A stretch of DNA of 64,000 bases from positions 124,001-188,000 of the forward strand of contig NW_021836152.1 of the NCBI RefSeq assembly GCF_006345805.1, written 5' to 3'. Shown here piece after piece: positions 48,440 through 62,067 of this stretch; within the stretch, counting starts at the first letter, position 1; every line of letters starts with the position of its first letter. Below the pieces are notes generated by a model. That model did no database searches, was not told where the DNA came from, and saw only the letters and a list, made by a program, of their open reading frames with translations. Made by a program: the position numbers and the translations under genes. This stretch comes from Octopus sinensis (Eukaryota).

Positions 48440-49420
48440 TGAGGTCATCTCGGATTTATACAGCAACTCCACCATGGCTCCTTTCCCTTCTGTTTGTTCG
48501 CAGTATGGCATAGTTTGGTATGTGTACTTCTGCGTCCTCTATATCAGGGTTGAGGTGAGTTTCCACAAGTGCTATGCATAGGGCTTGATTGCATGCAGTA
48601 AGATCTCTCAGGAAAGAAATTTTGTTTCTATTTTGATGCAACAGGCCCGCAATATTTAGTAAAAGTATTGGGGTGGCGGCTGTGCAGGCGTTAGGGGAAG
48701 CCATCCCGTGTCTGTTGACTTTGGTGGTCTTGCATAGTGGTGGGCAGGGTTCCTTCTCTGTGCTTGGTGTAGCCAGGTTAGCTGCCGGACAATTCTTTGC
48801 GCCATGCATAATTCTTTGCGCCATGCATAATTCTTTGCGCCATGCATAAAAAAGACTCTTGCTCAGCTGCTGCCTTGCGCAGAACATCTGAGGAGTGCAC
48901 TTCGTTTTTGAAAGTTTTCCTGGGAGACATTTTTTGTGTTCCCTCGGTAAAGCTTTTCTCTTTGAGTCCCCTGAAGTTCTGGTGGGGTGTCGGGTTGGGC
49001 GAACCGGCAGTTTTTGCCGTCCTCACCATGCCAACATTTGCCCCGCAGGTAGAACTTACAGGTTCTTCGGTGCCTTCCATATTTCTTCTTTCCTGAAGTG
49101 TACTGGGTGGCATTGGATCCTCCAGGGGGTTCTCTGCTGTTTGTGTCGGGGGTCGGGGTTTCAGCTTTGGTTGTTTTGCCTTTTCCTCCTTTTCCCTCCT
49201 TATTTTTGTTTTCGGTCCTTCCTTTTTTCTTCTGTTTTTCTAATTGTTCATTTCTTTGTAGGACCACTAGTACAGGGGGGGGGGGCACCTTTTTTATGTA
49301 AATTAATTTTTGGTGTTAACATGGTCCGAGCAAGCCTTCTTCTATCATACTCTCAATTTTGGTCAACTTGCGCCGCAGGGTCTCGGAGGAGATAGTGTTA
49401 GTTGAAGTCTACTAAACCTG
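48440..49420 (-). mobile_element. LINE 5' fragment: CCCH zinc-finger ORF1 plus start of APE endonuclease
   Basis: CKFYLRGKCWHGEDGKNCRF; LLNIAGL, IALVETHL, RSHGGVAV. Frameshifts include a 3x19-bp repeat at 48791-48847. Confidence 0.7.
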
Positions 49421-49659
49421 GCATATACACAGGCAACTTCAGCTTTATATATATAGATATTTAACGGTCATTCTCATAGCTCTTTTGTTTGTCTTAATAA
49501 CGGTCGTCTTTATAGTAATTTCCCTTTATTCAATGGTCATTTTCATAGCATTTTTGTTCGTTTTAATTACTGACGAGATGCCGGAGCAGACTTCCGCCTC
49601 GACATCCAAATCTCTGAGTTTTATTATAACGACAGAATAATTGTCACATATTATGTTAT

Positions 49660-49724
<65 letters not shown>

Positions 49725-49946
49725 CTTTGTATATATATATAATCATATCAAAGAGAAATGGAATTTAATTAAAATTAAAAGCATTTATTTAAATTTTACA
49801 TTTCCAGTAGTCTAACGTCTAAAAAAATTTAGTCAAAATGACTATATATTAGTCACACGATATAGTGTATATTTAAACACATAAGGAATCTACTTATAGG
49901 GATTCTACATGCTAGAAAGAACAGCTAGGTTCTATAACCACAAAAA

Positions 49947-50248
49947 TCTTTATATATAAAACTGAAGTTGTGTGAGAGTCTGTCTCCTCCGAATTAGATT
50001 CCTAACTACTCCCACATTTTGCGGTGCAGTTTAACCAAGAGCGGGTATCTTATAGTCGTGATTCATATCGAGCCCTTCTGGGTATTAGCGCTCGTCTACG
50101 ATGAGTCTACGATGGTAAAAAATTACCATCATTTTTTCGTTTTTTTAATGCATTTTTTGCTCGGTTTATATAAGGGAAGTAACTCTCTAAAAATGCTTAT
50201 ATAGTTATTTTCCTTACAAACCCGAGCAACGCCGGGCGATACTGCTAG
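49947..50248 (+). mobile_element. Complete non-autonomous Helitron, 302 bp
   Basis: A|TCTTTATATATAAAA 5' end; CCCGAGCAACGCCGGG hairpin then CTAG|T 3' end; inserted between A and T. Confidence 0.85.
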
Positions 50249-50250
50249 TC

Positions 50251-51252
<1,002 letters not shown>

Positions 51253-51332
51253 GATAGGTCTATGTACGTGTGCATGAGTGTATAAGCTTATGTATTTATA
51301 AAGAAATATATGTCCTATTTTTCTCCTTTCAG

Positions 51333-51413
51333 AAAATGTCCATGGGGGTGTTTTAAAACCGTGAGCTACAAAAAACGGTCGTGTGGGTGGCTTAGATCGC
51401 GTTCAAGATACGT
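51333..51413 (+). CDS. Putative 81-bp phase 2-2 host exon ([26 protein letters not shown]), EMI-like
   Basis: TTTTTCTCCTTTCAG acceptor and GTAAGT donor. Only one frame is open. Cys/Trp pattern. Confidence 0.5.
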
Positions 51414-51558
51414 GTAAGTACGAAGCCGAACCTTCTGGTATTTATTCATTTTTATACAAAGTAAATTATTGAATAACGCCATCCACAATTCCTTAGATAC
51501 TACGGTAACATTATTTTCGTCCTCTTCTACTATGATATGTGTGCGAGTGTGTGTGTGT

Positions 51559-51595
<37 letters not shown>

Positions 51596-51629
51596 TGAGG
51601 TTAAGTATTACTCTTTATTCTCTTTTACT

Positions 51630-52024
51630 TTTTTACTTGTTTCAGTCATTTGGCTGCGGTCATGCTGGAGCACCGCCTTTAATCGAGCAAATCGACCCCA
51701 GGACTTATTCTTTGTAAGCCTAGTAATTATTCTATCGGTCTCTTTGGCCGAACCGCTAAGTGACCGGGACGTAAACACACTAGCATCGGTTGTCAAGCGA
51801 TGTTGGGGGGGACAAACACAGACACACAAACACACATATATATATACATATACATATATACGACGGGATTCTTTCAGTTTCCATCTTCCAGATCCACTCA
51901 CAAGGCTTTGGTCGGCCCGAGTCTATCGCAGAAGACACTAGCCCAAGGTGCCAAGCAGTGGAACTGAACCTGAAACCATGTGGTTGGTAAGCAAGCTACT
52001 TACCACACAGCCACTTCTGCGCCT
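51630..52024 (-). mobile_element. tRNA-derived SINE, near full length
   Basis: RC of the 17903-18023 head plus body and tail. Confidence 0.8.
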
Positions 52025-52241
52025 GATTTACTATTTTGCATGGTCATGCTGGAGTGCCATCTTATAGGCTTTTTAGTCTCAGAAATCGATCCCAGCATTT
52101 TATAAGCCAAGTATTTATTCACCCCACCATTTTTGCAGAACTTTTAAGTTAAGGAGACAAAAATAAAAAGCAGCAGCCTCGCATGTGGAACGATAGCAGA
52201 TGCACAAACATTGCCAGAATGATACACACGTAATATAGGTG

Positions 52242-52316
<75 letters not shown>

Positions 52317-52754
52317 ACGCGCGCGTATGTGTGTGTGTGCAAAAATTTATATAGATAGTCAAGCTTATGAGGCCCCCTAACGAGACTCCCTCTCCTAGGG
52401 TCTTCTGGAATGCCCAAGGAGAGATCCAGGGTGTCCGAGATGGCTACCGGAAGATGGTTTGCTATTCGTCAAGGAGGGCCTTAATGGTTTTGTAGCGAAT
52501 AGTCTTAAGCCAGTAGTGACACCATTTCTATCGAAACGGATAGTCAGTATGTATGTATGAATGTATGTACATATATGTTTGTATGCATAAATGTGTAAAA
52601 CTGAGTATGTATGTATATATATAAGTTCAGCAAAAATTTAGATTCAAATGAATATGGTACTTAATTTAGATGCACCAGAATTCTATATGGCGTTATCCAT
52701 AAAATCCGTGGGGTGATTATAATCAAAATAAGCAACAAGAATGACTCCGGTAAT

Positions 52755-52840
52755 TTGGTACGATCGTTTCGTACTACATCATTTTATTAAATGTTGTAAG
52801 TATTACAACAGAATTAAAATGCCGAGTACTCATTAGCCAA
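52755..52840 (-). ncRNA. Type I hammerhead motif with extended stem II and G5A core change
   Basis: UUGG-CUAAUGA-GUACU(about 49 nt hairpin)AGUAC-GAAA-CGAUCG-UA-CCAA, sense-downstream of Penelope 4. Confidence 0.7.
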
Positions 52841-53599
52841 TTTTAGAGGTTTTACATTAATACAAAAATTTTCATATCAAGTGGCAATATTATAGAGAAG
52901 GTAGATACATAAACAAAGATGTGGATTTAAATTTTAAGAACATTTGAGGTAGTGGAGCTCATCAACTGACTGACTAAGATTCAATTACTCCAGACTACTG
53001 CGAATGAAAAACAAGTGAGAGGAGACAATAAAGGTTTTCTAATTATAGAAATGGGATAAAGGGGATGTCATAGCTCCATACAAGGAATTTGTGTGGAAGA
53101 CAGCATTGTCACAACTAAATGCCAATTACTACTATTTGATGAACAGATTCGGCGTTTGGAGAACTAAGCCAATGTCAAATGGTCACAATAACATTCCCAG
53201 AGAATGCAGAGACCTTACAAACCCTATGCATATCATCACAACAGTATTGGAGAACATTATAAATCAAAGGATAATTTAATTCTAAGTTTGCAATGAAGTT
53301 TTTTAATCATTTATGGGTGTTAAACTAAAACCAGTATAGTATATTCTTTCCTATTTGGTTAAATATATTTTGTAAAGATATCTTAGACTAATTATATATT
53401 AAGAAATGGAAGTGAGATAATCAAGGTGAACTGAGTAGTTTCTTTAGGGACATAGGATTCATACTATTTAGTATTCCTACTATTTGGGATTCATGCTATT
53501 TAGGATTCCAACTATTTAGATTCATACAGTTTAATTTTAGAAAAAAGAAGAATTTAATTTTAAGTTTCCAGTGAAGTTATTTTAGTTCTCTATAAATAT

Positions 53600-54333
53600 T
53601 AAATTGAAAGCTAGTATAGTATATTCCTACTTATTTGGTTGTAAAGAATTAAAATTTGAAAAATATAGGAATATTTACAAAATTATTATTTAAAGTATTT
53701 AAACGTTCGGGTCGTACGATGTATACAAGATACTCCCAGCTCCAAACGGTTATTCAACAGATTTGTATTACTCTGATGTTCCAACATTTCATAAGTTTCC
53801 ATAGAACAAAGTTGACAACCATCCCTACTATTCCTATAAGGTTGCGCTCTTCTAACTATATCCCATTTTAGGTTGAATTCTATATTATTTGTTTTTAGTT
53901 TCCAAATTTTACTAGATAATGTTGTGCAACCTGCCTTATGTTTGAGCCTAAAAGAGTAAAAATGATTGTTAAGACGTTTTTTAAATCTACCGAACAACCG
54001 AAATACAGAAAGCTATTGTTTGACGTTATTATCGTGCATTTATAAATCACGTTTTGGACCGAACGACGGCCAGACACCGGACATTTTGATCTAATCCTAC
54101 AACTACGACTGGGCGGATAGTGTCCGGTACTGGAATTATTGAAGGACAGTTCACTTCCATTAATGTTATTTAAATTATTGTTAGTATTAGTATTATTTTC
54201 ACTATTAGTAATTACGTTGTTATGCAAAGTAGGGTTACTAATTATTAATCCATCCTCATTATTATCACCTACCATACTTTTATCTATACCACCTATATTA
54301 TTGATATTGCTATTATCACTATTTACACCAATG

Positions 54334-54386
<53 letters not shown>

Positions 54387-54480
54387 ATTATTATTATTAT
54401 TATTATTATTGCTATTTTTACTATTATTATTACTATCATTGTTGTTACTATTCATTCTACTCTTGGCTAACTTAATGTTT
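53600..54480 (-). pseudogene. Penelope-like element 4, GIY-YIG 3' fragment with (AAT)n expansion
   Basis: CPVSG..VIYKCTI..LYFG; FKKRLNNHFYSF; TLSSKIWKLK; CQLCSME. Similar to the end of ORF 28377..30353. Confidence 0.8.
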
Positions 54481-55180
54481 TTACTATTATGGTAGCCATA
54501 TTTGGGAGAGTGGAATATGAAATTCTCACTGATTTTTTGGAAATTATTTTATGATATTTATGAGAGGTTGGAAAATTTTTTCTACTATAGACATGAATTT
54601 ACTGTACACATTCGTCGAGATCGCACAATTAAAGGGGATATTTAGCCAGATGACATTTTCTCTTTCAATGGCTTGAAAGTCATAAACACGCCGACGGGAA
54701 ATAAAATCATTAGGTGGGACAAGCTGACTGAATCAGCTTCGCTGACTGACAGATGACGGTCGTTTAGAAAAAGTGCGGGCTGAAGCTACGCGCCTTCACT
54801 AGTCAGTTAAGGTGAGACAGTGTCACGTGAGAACTTGCTGGGGCTGCCTGCTGGAGCCTAGCGGCAGGTATTTATAGGGATAAATTTGACAAGACAGTCA
54901 GTCGACGGCTGACACTCGCTGACAATACATCGAAGATGCCAGGGAACAGAAGAAAGAAGAAAAGAGACATGCACCCAACACCAGGGCTGAAGACACCTCC
55001 GAAAGGTGGGGCCGCCACGTCAAAACGGTAGAGGAGTAGGGGCCGGAACCGGACGTGGTTCCTCCTGATGACGTCCTGAGCTAACTGGATCCTATAAAGG
55101 AGCTGTTGTGGTAGCAGACCACGAAACACGGTTGTAATTCCCCCACGTGGAGTTTCTATTTTCTTTTTCTAACATATTTC

Positions 55181-55848
<668 letters not shown>

Positions 55849-56056
55849 CACACATACGTATAAATAATCTTCCCAAAGCCGTGGTCTTGGGTTCAGTCTC
55901 AAGTGTATTCTAGTAAAGCCCTGTAACAACCAAAGGCGTGTCAGTGGGTGGTGTAGAGGGAAACTGAATACTGCCATTTCGTGTGTGTGTGTGTGTGTTA
56001 CTCTAAAATTAGAATCACTGCGTTCTGTTTATACGTTTAATCATTCTCTCTCTGAA

Positions 56057-56136
56057 CACTATTGCTTATAAACAAATCCGTACACACTGTCACAATTGCT
56101 GTAAAGGATGGTCTAGCAAGCACGGAAAATGTACAG
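56057..56136 (+). CDS. Putative host exon (TIAYKQIRTHCHNCCKGWSSKHGKCT), EMI C-terminal half; acceptor uncertain
   Basis: CCxGW..C motif and a phase-1 GTAAGA donor at 56137. The pyrimidine tract is followed by AA rather than AG. Confidence 0.45.
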
Positions 56137-56289
56137 GTAAGAATACGTATTCAAGGCTATCCCGATGTTATGTTACACATAGCATTTGGCCAGCTTTTAT
56201 TTAACGTTTTATGTTCTAGATTATAATTCATGAACAATATTATCATGAAATTTTTCCTTTCATTTTCTATCACTATATATGAACAATGT

Positions 56290-56450
56290 GGAGGCGCAAT
56301 GGCCCAGTGGTTAGGGCAGCGGACTCGCGGTCGTAGGATCGCGGTTTCGATTCCCAGACCGGGGGTTGTGAGTGTTTATTGAAAATTCTCCACGACCTCT
56401 GGGAGAGGGTGGTGGCGATCCCTGCTATACTCTTTCGCCACACCTTTCTT
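56290..56450 (+). mobile_element. tRNA(Arg)-like SINE
   Basis: GGCGCAATGGCCCAGTGGTTAGGGC..CTCGC..GGTTTCGATTCCC with A and B boxes, followed by non-tRNA body. Confidence 0.8.
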
Positions 56451-56662
56451 TTTATGTTGGCTGCATAGAAGAATTCCAAAAGATCAATGAAAAATGTATA
56501 GGTAAGTACTAAACAATAATAACAGCAACAACAATAGCAACACGAACTATATTTCAGTCGTACTGTGAGGTCTCTTATCCTTCACTCACCCTAGGACGCT
56601 GGGTTTATCTCGATGAGTGATAGTAAGAATCATATAGATTAAATGTAAACAATGACAATAAT

Positions 56663-56770
56663 AATGTGAGGTATATTTGCCATCTCAATATGGCTTACTG
56701 TAGCTATAAGCTACAGTAACACCCACCCTTAGTGCTTAGCCATATTGAGATGGCAAATATACCTCACATT
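56663..56770. repeat. Foldback MITE remnant: perfect 33-bp inverted arms and an inner 11-bp hairpin
   Basis: 56663-56695 is the RC of 56738-56770; TTACTGTAGCT-ATA-AGCTACAGTAA. Confidence 0.9.
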
Positions 56771-56894
56771 GTCGTGCAGTTACTGTTTATACCTCGTTCA
56801 GAGATTTATTATTGATAATAATAATAATAATAGTAATAATAATAACGATTATTATTATTATTATTATTATTATTAATATTATTATTATTATTAT

Positions 56895-57060
56895 TCTATG
56901 TTTCACTTTTGCTTTATATTTGTACAAGTTGGCTCCAAGTCTCACCCAGAGACCTCAAGAGAAAACAGGTTGGAAGTTCACGTTGTTGTTATGCCTAGTG
57001 TGCCATATTTTTGGTTGTTTTTTTTTGGTGTTGTACTAGTGGATATCTAAAAAAAAAATT
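56895..57060 (-). mobile_element. Dong-type 3' UTR fragment in (TAA)n
   Basis: Matches 58613-58770. Confidence 0.8.
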
Positions 57061-57106
57061 GTTTGTTTTCAACCTATGCACGTGATGTCTATTCTGCTTT
57101 ACTTAC

Positions 57107-57223
57107 CAAAGCAAATTCTACCGTTCAACTCGAACCCTGGACTGCAGGCACATGTGAAGGATCCTGGTGTGTTGGTGCAATCCTCATTTACCCCGCATGG
57201 CCAACCAGTGCACTCGTCTATGT
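57107..57223 (-). CDS. Ca-binding EGF exon, 117 bp, phase 1-1 ([39 protein letters not shown])
   Basis: TTTCCAG/GTAAGT sites, six cysteines and the D-I-D-E-C..C.N..GS(F/Y).C consensus. Confidence 0.88.
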
Positions 57224-57327
57224 CTGGAAAGTAAAAAAATTTTATTGCGTGAATATAATACTTATGTTTCATCATCAATCATCCTCATCAAACTTCCTCA
57301 TCAATCATCTTATGTTTCATCATCATG

Positions 57328-57360
<33 letters not shown>

Positions 57361-57520
57361 AATCATCAATCATCATCATCATCGTCATAATCATCTTCAT
57401 CATCATCATCATCATTCATCATCAATCATCAATCTTCAGTAATTATCATCATCATCATCATCATCCCCATCATCAACATCATCATCATTATTATCTTTAT
57501 TATTTTTATTATTATCATCA

Positions 57521-57584
<64 letters not shown>

Positions 57585-57653
57585 CATTATTATTATTATC
57601 TATTATTATTATAATAATAATAATAATAATTATTATTATTATTATTATTATTA

Positions 57654-57689
<36 letters not shown>

Positions 57690-57740
57690 ACACGAAACCA
57701 GTTACACATACACACGTGATGTCTATTCTGCTTTACTTAC

Positions 57741-57857
57741 CAACGCAAATTCTACCGTTCAAATCGAACCCTGGACTGCAGGCACATGTGTAGGATCCTG
57801 GTGTATTGGTGCATGTCCCCTGTGCCCCGCATGGGTCTGCTGTGCACTCGTCTATGT
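57741..57857 (-). CDS. Ca-binding EGF exon, 117 bp, phase 1-1 ([39 protein letters not shown])
   Basis: TTTCCAG/GTAAGT sites, six cysteines and the cbEGF consensus. Confidence 0.88.
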
Positions 57858-58046
57858 CTGGAAAGTAAAGCAATTTTATGGCATGGATATAATACTTGTT
57901 TCATCATCAATCATCCTCATCAATCTTCCTCATCAATCATCTTCATCAATTATCACCAATCATCATCATCATAATCATAATCAACCATCATCATCAATCA
58001 TCAATCATCATTAATCATCATCATCATTATTCATCATCTTCATCAA

Positions 58047-58085
<39 letters not shown>

Positions 58086-58299
58086 GATCCTCATCATCAT
58101 CAACATCATCGACATCATTATCATCATTATTATTATTATTATTATTATTATTACTTTTTTTTTCTTCTTTCAAATTTGCTTCCATTTCTTGCCGAGTGTC
58201 TTCCCGACTCCTAGGGCAAAGAAACTCATAGTATACATTGGTAGGCCATTAAACCAAACTCAATAGTTCGTTCATTTTTTTTTTTTTTTAAGTTAAATT

Positions 58300-58550
58300 G
58301 AAATACATGAGCAGCAACAGTTCTCATATCGACAATGCTCTTCTCAATATGTGTGATGTACCAGTTAAGACAATCTTTTGCACTTCTTGCAGGGATGGTA
58401 AGCCAGGGATCATTCTCATATAATTTTCGGTTCCCTTCTTGATCATTCCTAGTGCTCCTACGATCACTGGTATTGTAACCGCCTTGAGATGCCACATTTT
58501 CTCAATTTCAATGAGTAGGTCTTTACATTTTCTGAGCTTGTCAAACTCTT
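58300..58550 (-). pseudogene. Older Dong-type C-terminal fragment
   Basis: KDLLIEIEKMWHLKAVTIPVIVGALGMI..LTGTSHILRRALSI*. Confidence 0.75.
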
Positions 58551-58576
58551 TATTATTATTATTATTATTATTATTA

Positions 58577-58612
<36 letters not shown>

Positions 58613-58614
<2 letters not shown>

Positions 58615-60599
58615 TATGTTTGACTTTTGCTTTATATTTGTACAAGTTGGCTCCAAGTCTCACCCAGAGACCTCAAGAGACAACAGGGTTGGAAGTTCAT
58701 GTTGTTGTTATGCCTAGTGTGCCATATATTTGGGGGGTGGGGATGTTGTACTAATGAATGTCTAAAAAAAAAAAAAGGTTTTTTTTTTCCTTTTTTTTTT
58801 TTTTCTTTAAACCGAAAATTATGGTTGTTTTAAACCTTGAGGTTACATAGAGAGTATTTTGCGTAGGATATGAGCAGTTCCCATGAGCACTATCTTTTGA
58901 ACTTCTGCCATTTTGGGGTTTCCTGGTATCTGAGTTAGGTAGCTATCAGCCCCTTTTGCTATCATTCCCAGGGCACCTATGACAACAGGTATTGTTTTAG
59001 TCTTCAGCTTCCACATTTTGCTGATTTCTATTTCAAGATCTTTATATTTGCTCAGTTTTTGGTAGGTCCTGACAGATACGTTTATATCGATTGGGACAGT
59101 CATATCAATGAGGAGGCATGTTCTTTGTTTGAAGTCTTTCAATATGATGTCTGGCCTATTTGCATCTATCTTCCTGTCAGTTTGAATGGTGAAGTTCCAG
59201 AGGAGTGAGATGTGGTCATTTTCAAGCACTGGGGGTGGTTTGTGTTCCCACCAGTTTTTTTCATGGGGCAAATCCAGGTTTTTACAGATTACCCAGTGAA
59301 TATATTGTGCAGCTCTATCGTGCCTGTTGAGATACTCTGTAGGCGCTAGAAGACTGCACTTGGAGACCACATGGTCAATGGTTTCTTTTTGTTGCTTGCA
59401 TACACGACACGTTGGACTGCTTCTGATCTTTAATATGTTGGCCTGGTAGTTTCTTGTTGGTAGGCATTGATCTTGAGCTGCTATGATAAACCCCTCTGTT
59501 TCAGATTTTAAGCCAGAGGCCATTAGCCATTGATGGGTCAGGGCTTTGTCGATATCTGCATTATTTGCTCTCTTTGGGTATTTGCCATAGAGAGGTTTTT
59601 CTTGCCATTTATTATTCAGAATATCTAAGGCCGCAGTTTTGGCACGGGTTTTCATGCGCCTAGCTTTTTCTGTGCTTGTTTCTTGTATGTCTATCTCTAA
59701 TTCCGAAATTGGTTGTATTCGGAATTCACTTAGATATTCCTTTGCCTGTTTTGTGACTGAGTATGATGCTTTCTTGTTTTCATGTTTTGAGACAAGTTTT
59801 AACATCCAGTCCTCAGAGTTTTTCAGGTAGGTGTCTAGGCCAATTGTAGCAATCTTCATTGTTATTGCCAGTTGCAAAAGACCACGGCCTCCCTCTTTTC
59901 TTGGCAGATAGAGTCGTTCTGTATCTGCCTTAGGGTGGTGCATTCTATGCATTGTCAACAGTTTCCTTATTTTTCTGTCGAGCTGACATATTTCAGTAAT
60001 TGACCAGTTAACAATATTGAAACTGTAAGTCACGACTGGTATAGCTAATGCATTGATTGCTTCGATCCTGTTTCTTGCATTCAACTCTGTCTTGAGTATT
60101 GCTCTCACTCTTCGATAGCATTCTCTCCTGATCCTTTCCTTCATCTCTGAATGCCTTATTCCGTTCCCTTCAATTACCCCTAGGTACTTGTAGCTCTCCG
60201 CTGGGTCTAGTTCTTTTATGACATTCTGTTGGTCAAGGTTAACGTTAGATGTTTCTGTCATTTTTCCTTTGATAAAGGTAGCCTTTGCACATTTATCGAG
60301 GCCGAATTGCATTCTGATGTCGTCACTGAATTGTTTGACTATCGCTAGTAAGCCCTTGAGTTGTTGATCATATTTTGCAAAAAGCTTTAAATCATCCATG
60401 TAAACGAGATGATTTATATTTTTATCAAACATTTTATACCCGTACTGCGCGTCATTGAGCAGCTTTGAGAGAGGTATTAAGGATAAACAAAAGAGGAGTG
60501 GTGACAGTGAGTCACCCTGGAAAATGCCACACGAAATTTTTACATCACCAGCATTTAGGGATTCACTGTCACTGTTCAGAGTTAGTGTGGTTCTCCATG

Positions 60600-60600
<1 letters not shown>
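58613..60600 (-). mobile_element. R4/Dong-clade LINE, 5'-truncated, both ends in (TAA)n
   Basis: Open frame from about 60600 (GIFQGDSLSPLLF). Motifs YMDD, CRVC..ETIDHVVSKC, RHD, RPDI..D (REL), KYKDL. (AAT)n tail. Confidence 0.92.
58843..60432 (-). CDS. Dong RT C-terminus + CCHC finger + restriction-like endonuclease
   Basis: 529-aa ORF in the track; the frame stays open a further about 56 codons upstream. Confidence 0.9.
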   Translation of the reverse strand: MFDKNINHLVYMDDLKLFAKYDQQLKGLLAIVKQFSDDIRMQFGLDKCAKATFIKGKMTETSNVNLDQQNVIKELDPAESYKYLGVIEGNGIRHSEMKERIRRECYRRVRAILKTELNARNRIEAINALAIPVVTYSFNIVNWSITEICQLDRKIRKLLTMHRMHHPKADTERLYLPRKEGGRGLLQLAITMKIATIGLDTYLKNSEDWMLKLVSKHENKKASYSVTKQAKEYLSEFRIQPISELEIDIQETSTEKARRMKTRAKTAALDILNNKWQEKPLYGKYPKRANNADIDKALTHQWLMASGLKSETEGFIIAAQDQCLPTRNYQANILKIRSSPTCRVCKQQKETIDHVVSKCSLLAPTEYLNRHDRAAQYIHWVICKNLDLPHEKNWWEHKPPPVLENDHISLLWNFTIQTDRKIDANRPDIILKDFKQRTCLLIDMTVPIDINVSVRTYQKLSKYKDLEIEISKMWKLKTKTIPVVIGALGMIAKGADSYLTQIPGNPKMAEVQKIVLMGTAHILRKILSM

Positions 60601-60631
<31 letters not shown>

Positions 60632-62067
60632 CATTATTATTATTATTATTATTATTATCATTATTATTATTATAAGAACTGCCCACATCCTACACAAAAA
60701 CTATCAATTGAATAAATTACGTAAACAAAGCAACCCATAGACACAAGATTCACTTTATACAGCAATTACCCATGGAAATAAAAAAAAACTTCCAGCAGTA
60801 ACCCATTTAACCAACACATTACATAGACAATGCACAATACAAGCAGTAATGCAAAAAACACTGCACCACATCTTAAGAGAAAAAATAACTGGCGCAATAC
60901 AATATCGGGAAGTTTCCACACTCCCAACAACAGAAAGGAACACACGATGTTGCACATACCCACCCCAGCAACACGGTGGTGTAGCAAGAAATGCAGTAGA
61001 AATCTGCCTTAAGCTACCAATAATAATCATTAAAGTAATAATCGTTATATCTGAATCCTTAACACTCACACTATCAAAAGAAAAAAACAGCCATTTTAGG
61101 AACGGCCCATAAGACACGATTAATTCAATACTACAACCTAAACAACTATCCAATGAAATAAACTACCACAAGCAAGCTGGATAACCTAGGTATTACACAA
61201 TCAACACACAATACAAATACTAATTCGACAAAACACTGCATTACAATCCAACAATATGGAGATGTAGCCGTTGCTACAGTAGAAATTTGCCTCAAGCTAC
61301 CAAATGTTGAACAAGAACAATAAGAACAAGACTAGTAATCATTTCTCCTATAATCACAAGGCCTGGCATTATGAAGTGCGGCTTAAGTCGATTAGATCGA
61401 CCCCGGTACTCAACTCGTACTTAATTTATCGAACTCGAAAGGTTATAAATCAAAGACAATTTCTGCGAATAAAACATTTATTTTATATACATATATAGAT
61501 AAGGCCTAATATTTTCTTAATATTTTCTATTTTATATCCAAATATAACAACCAATGGTCTCGTTTAAAATTTCCTTTTTCTTTCGTATCACAATCCTTTG
61601 AAGAAAAGCATCGCTATTTCTTCCATTTTCTTTTTCCTGTTTTATATTCTAATATATGCAAATGAGCGTCGTGTCGTCTCGTTTTCTTTCCACAATATTT
61701 GATCAGTTTGTGTCCATTTTGATGTTGTATATAATCCCTTTGCCACAGCAACTGAGCTGAGAAAGGTCTGACTTCTGTTAAAAGAACATGGTGCATCTAC
61801 CTTATTCTACAATAGGCACAAGGCCTGATATTTTGGTGGGTAGGTCGGGGTCAGTCGATTACATCGACACTAATACTTGAATAGTGCCCATTTCATCGAC
61901 TCTGCCAACTCATCACCTTAATAATAACAACAACCACAACAGCGACGAGGACGGGGAGGAGGACGAGGACGAGGACTACGACGATGATGACGTTAATGAT
62001 GATGATGATGATGATGATGAAACACAAGTGTTATATCCATGCAATAAAATTGTTTTACACAGAAAGT

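Noticed and set aside
48791-48847. Short direct repeats as a possible CRISPR array (also 1540-2127 and 38805-38862)
   Set aside because: Tandem units without unique spacers, eukaryotic context and no cas genes.
54603-55174. GC-richer block with TG...CA ends as a possible solo LTR
   Set aside because: No target duplication, no second copy, and the boundaries are guessed.
56290-56365. tRNA-Arg-like sequence as a tRNA gene
   Set aside because: It continues into a SINE body and lacks a proper acceptor stem, so it is annotated as a SINE.
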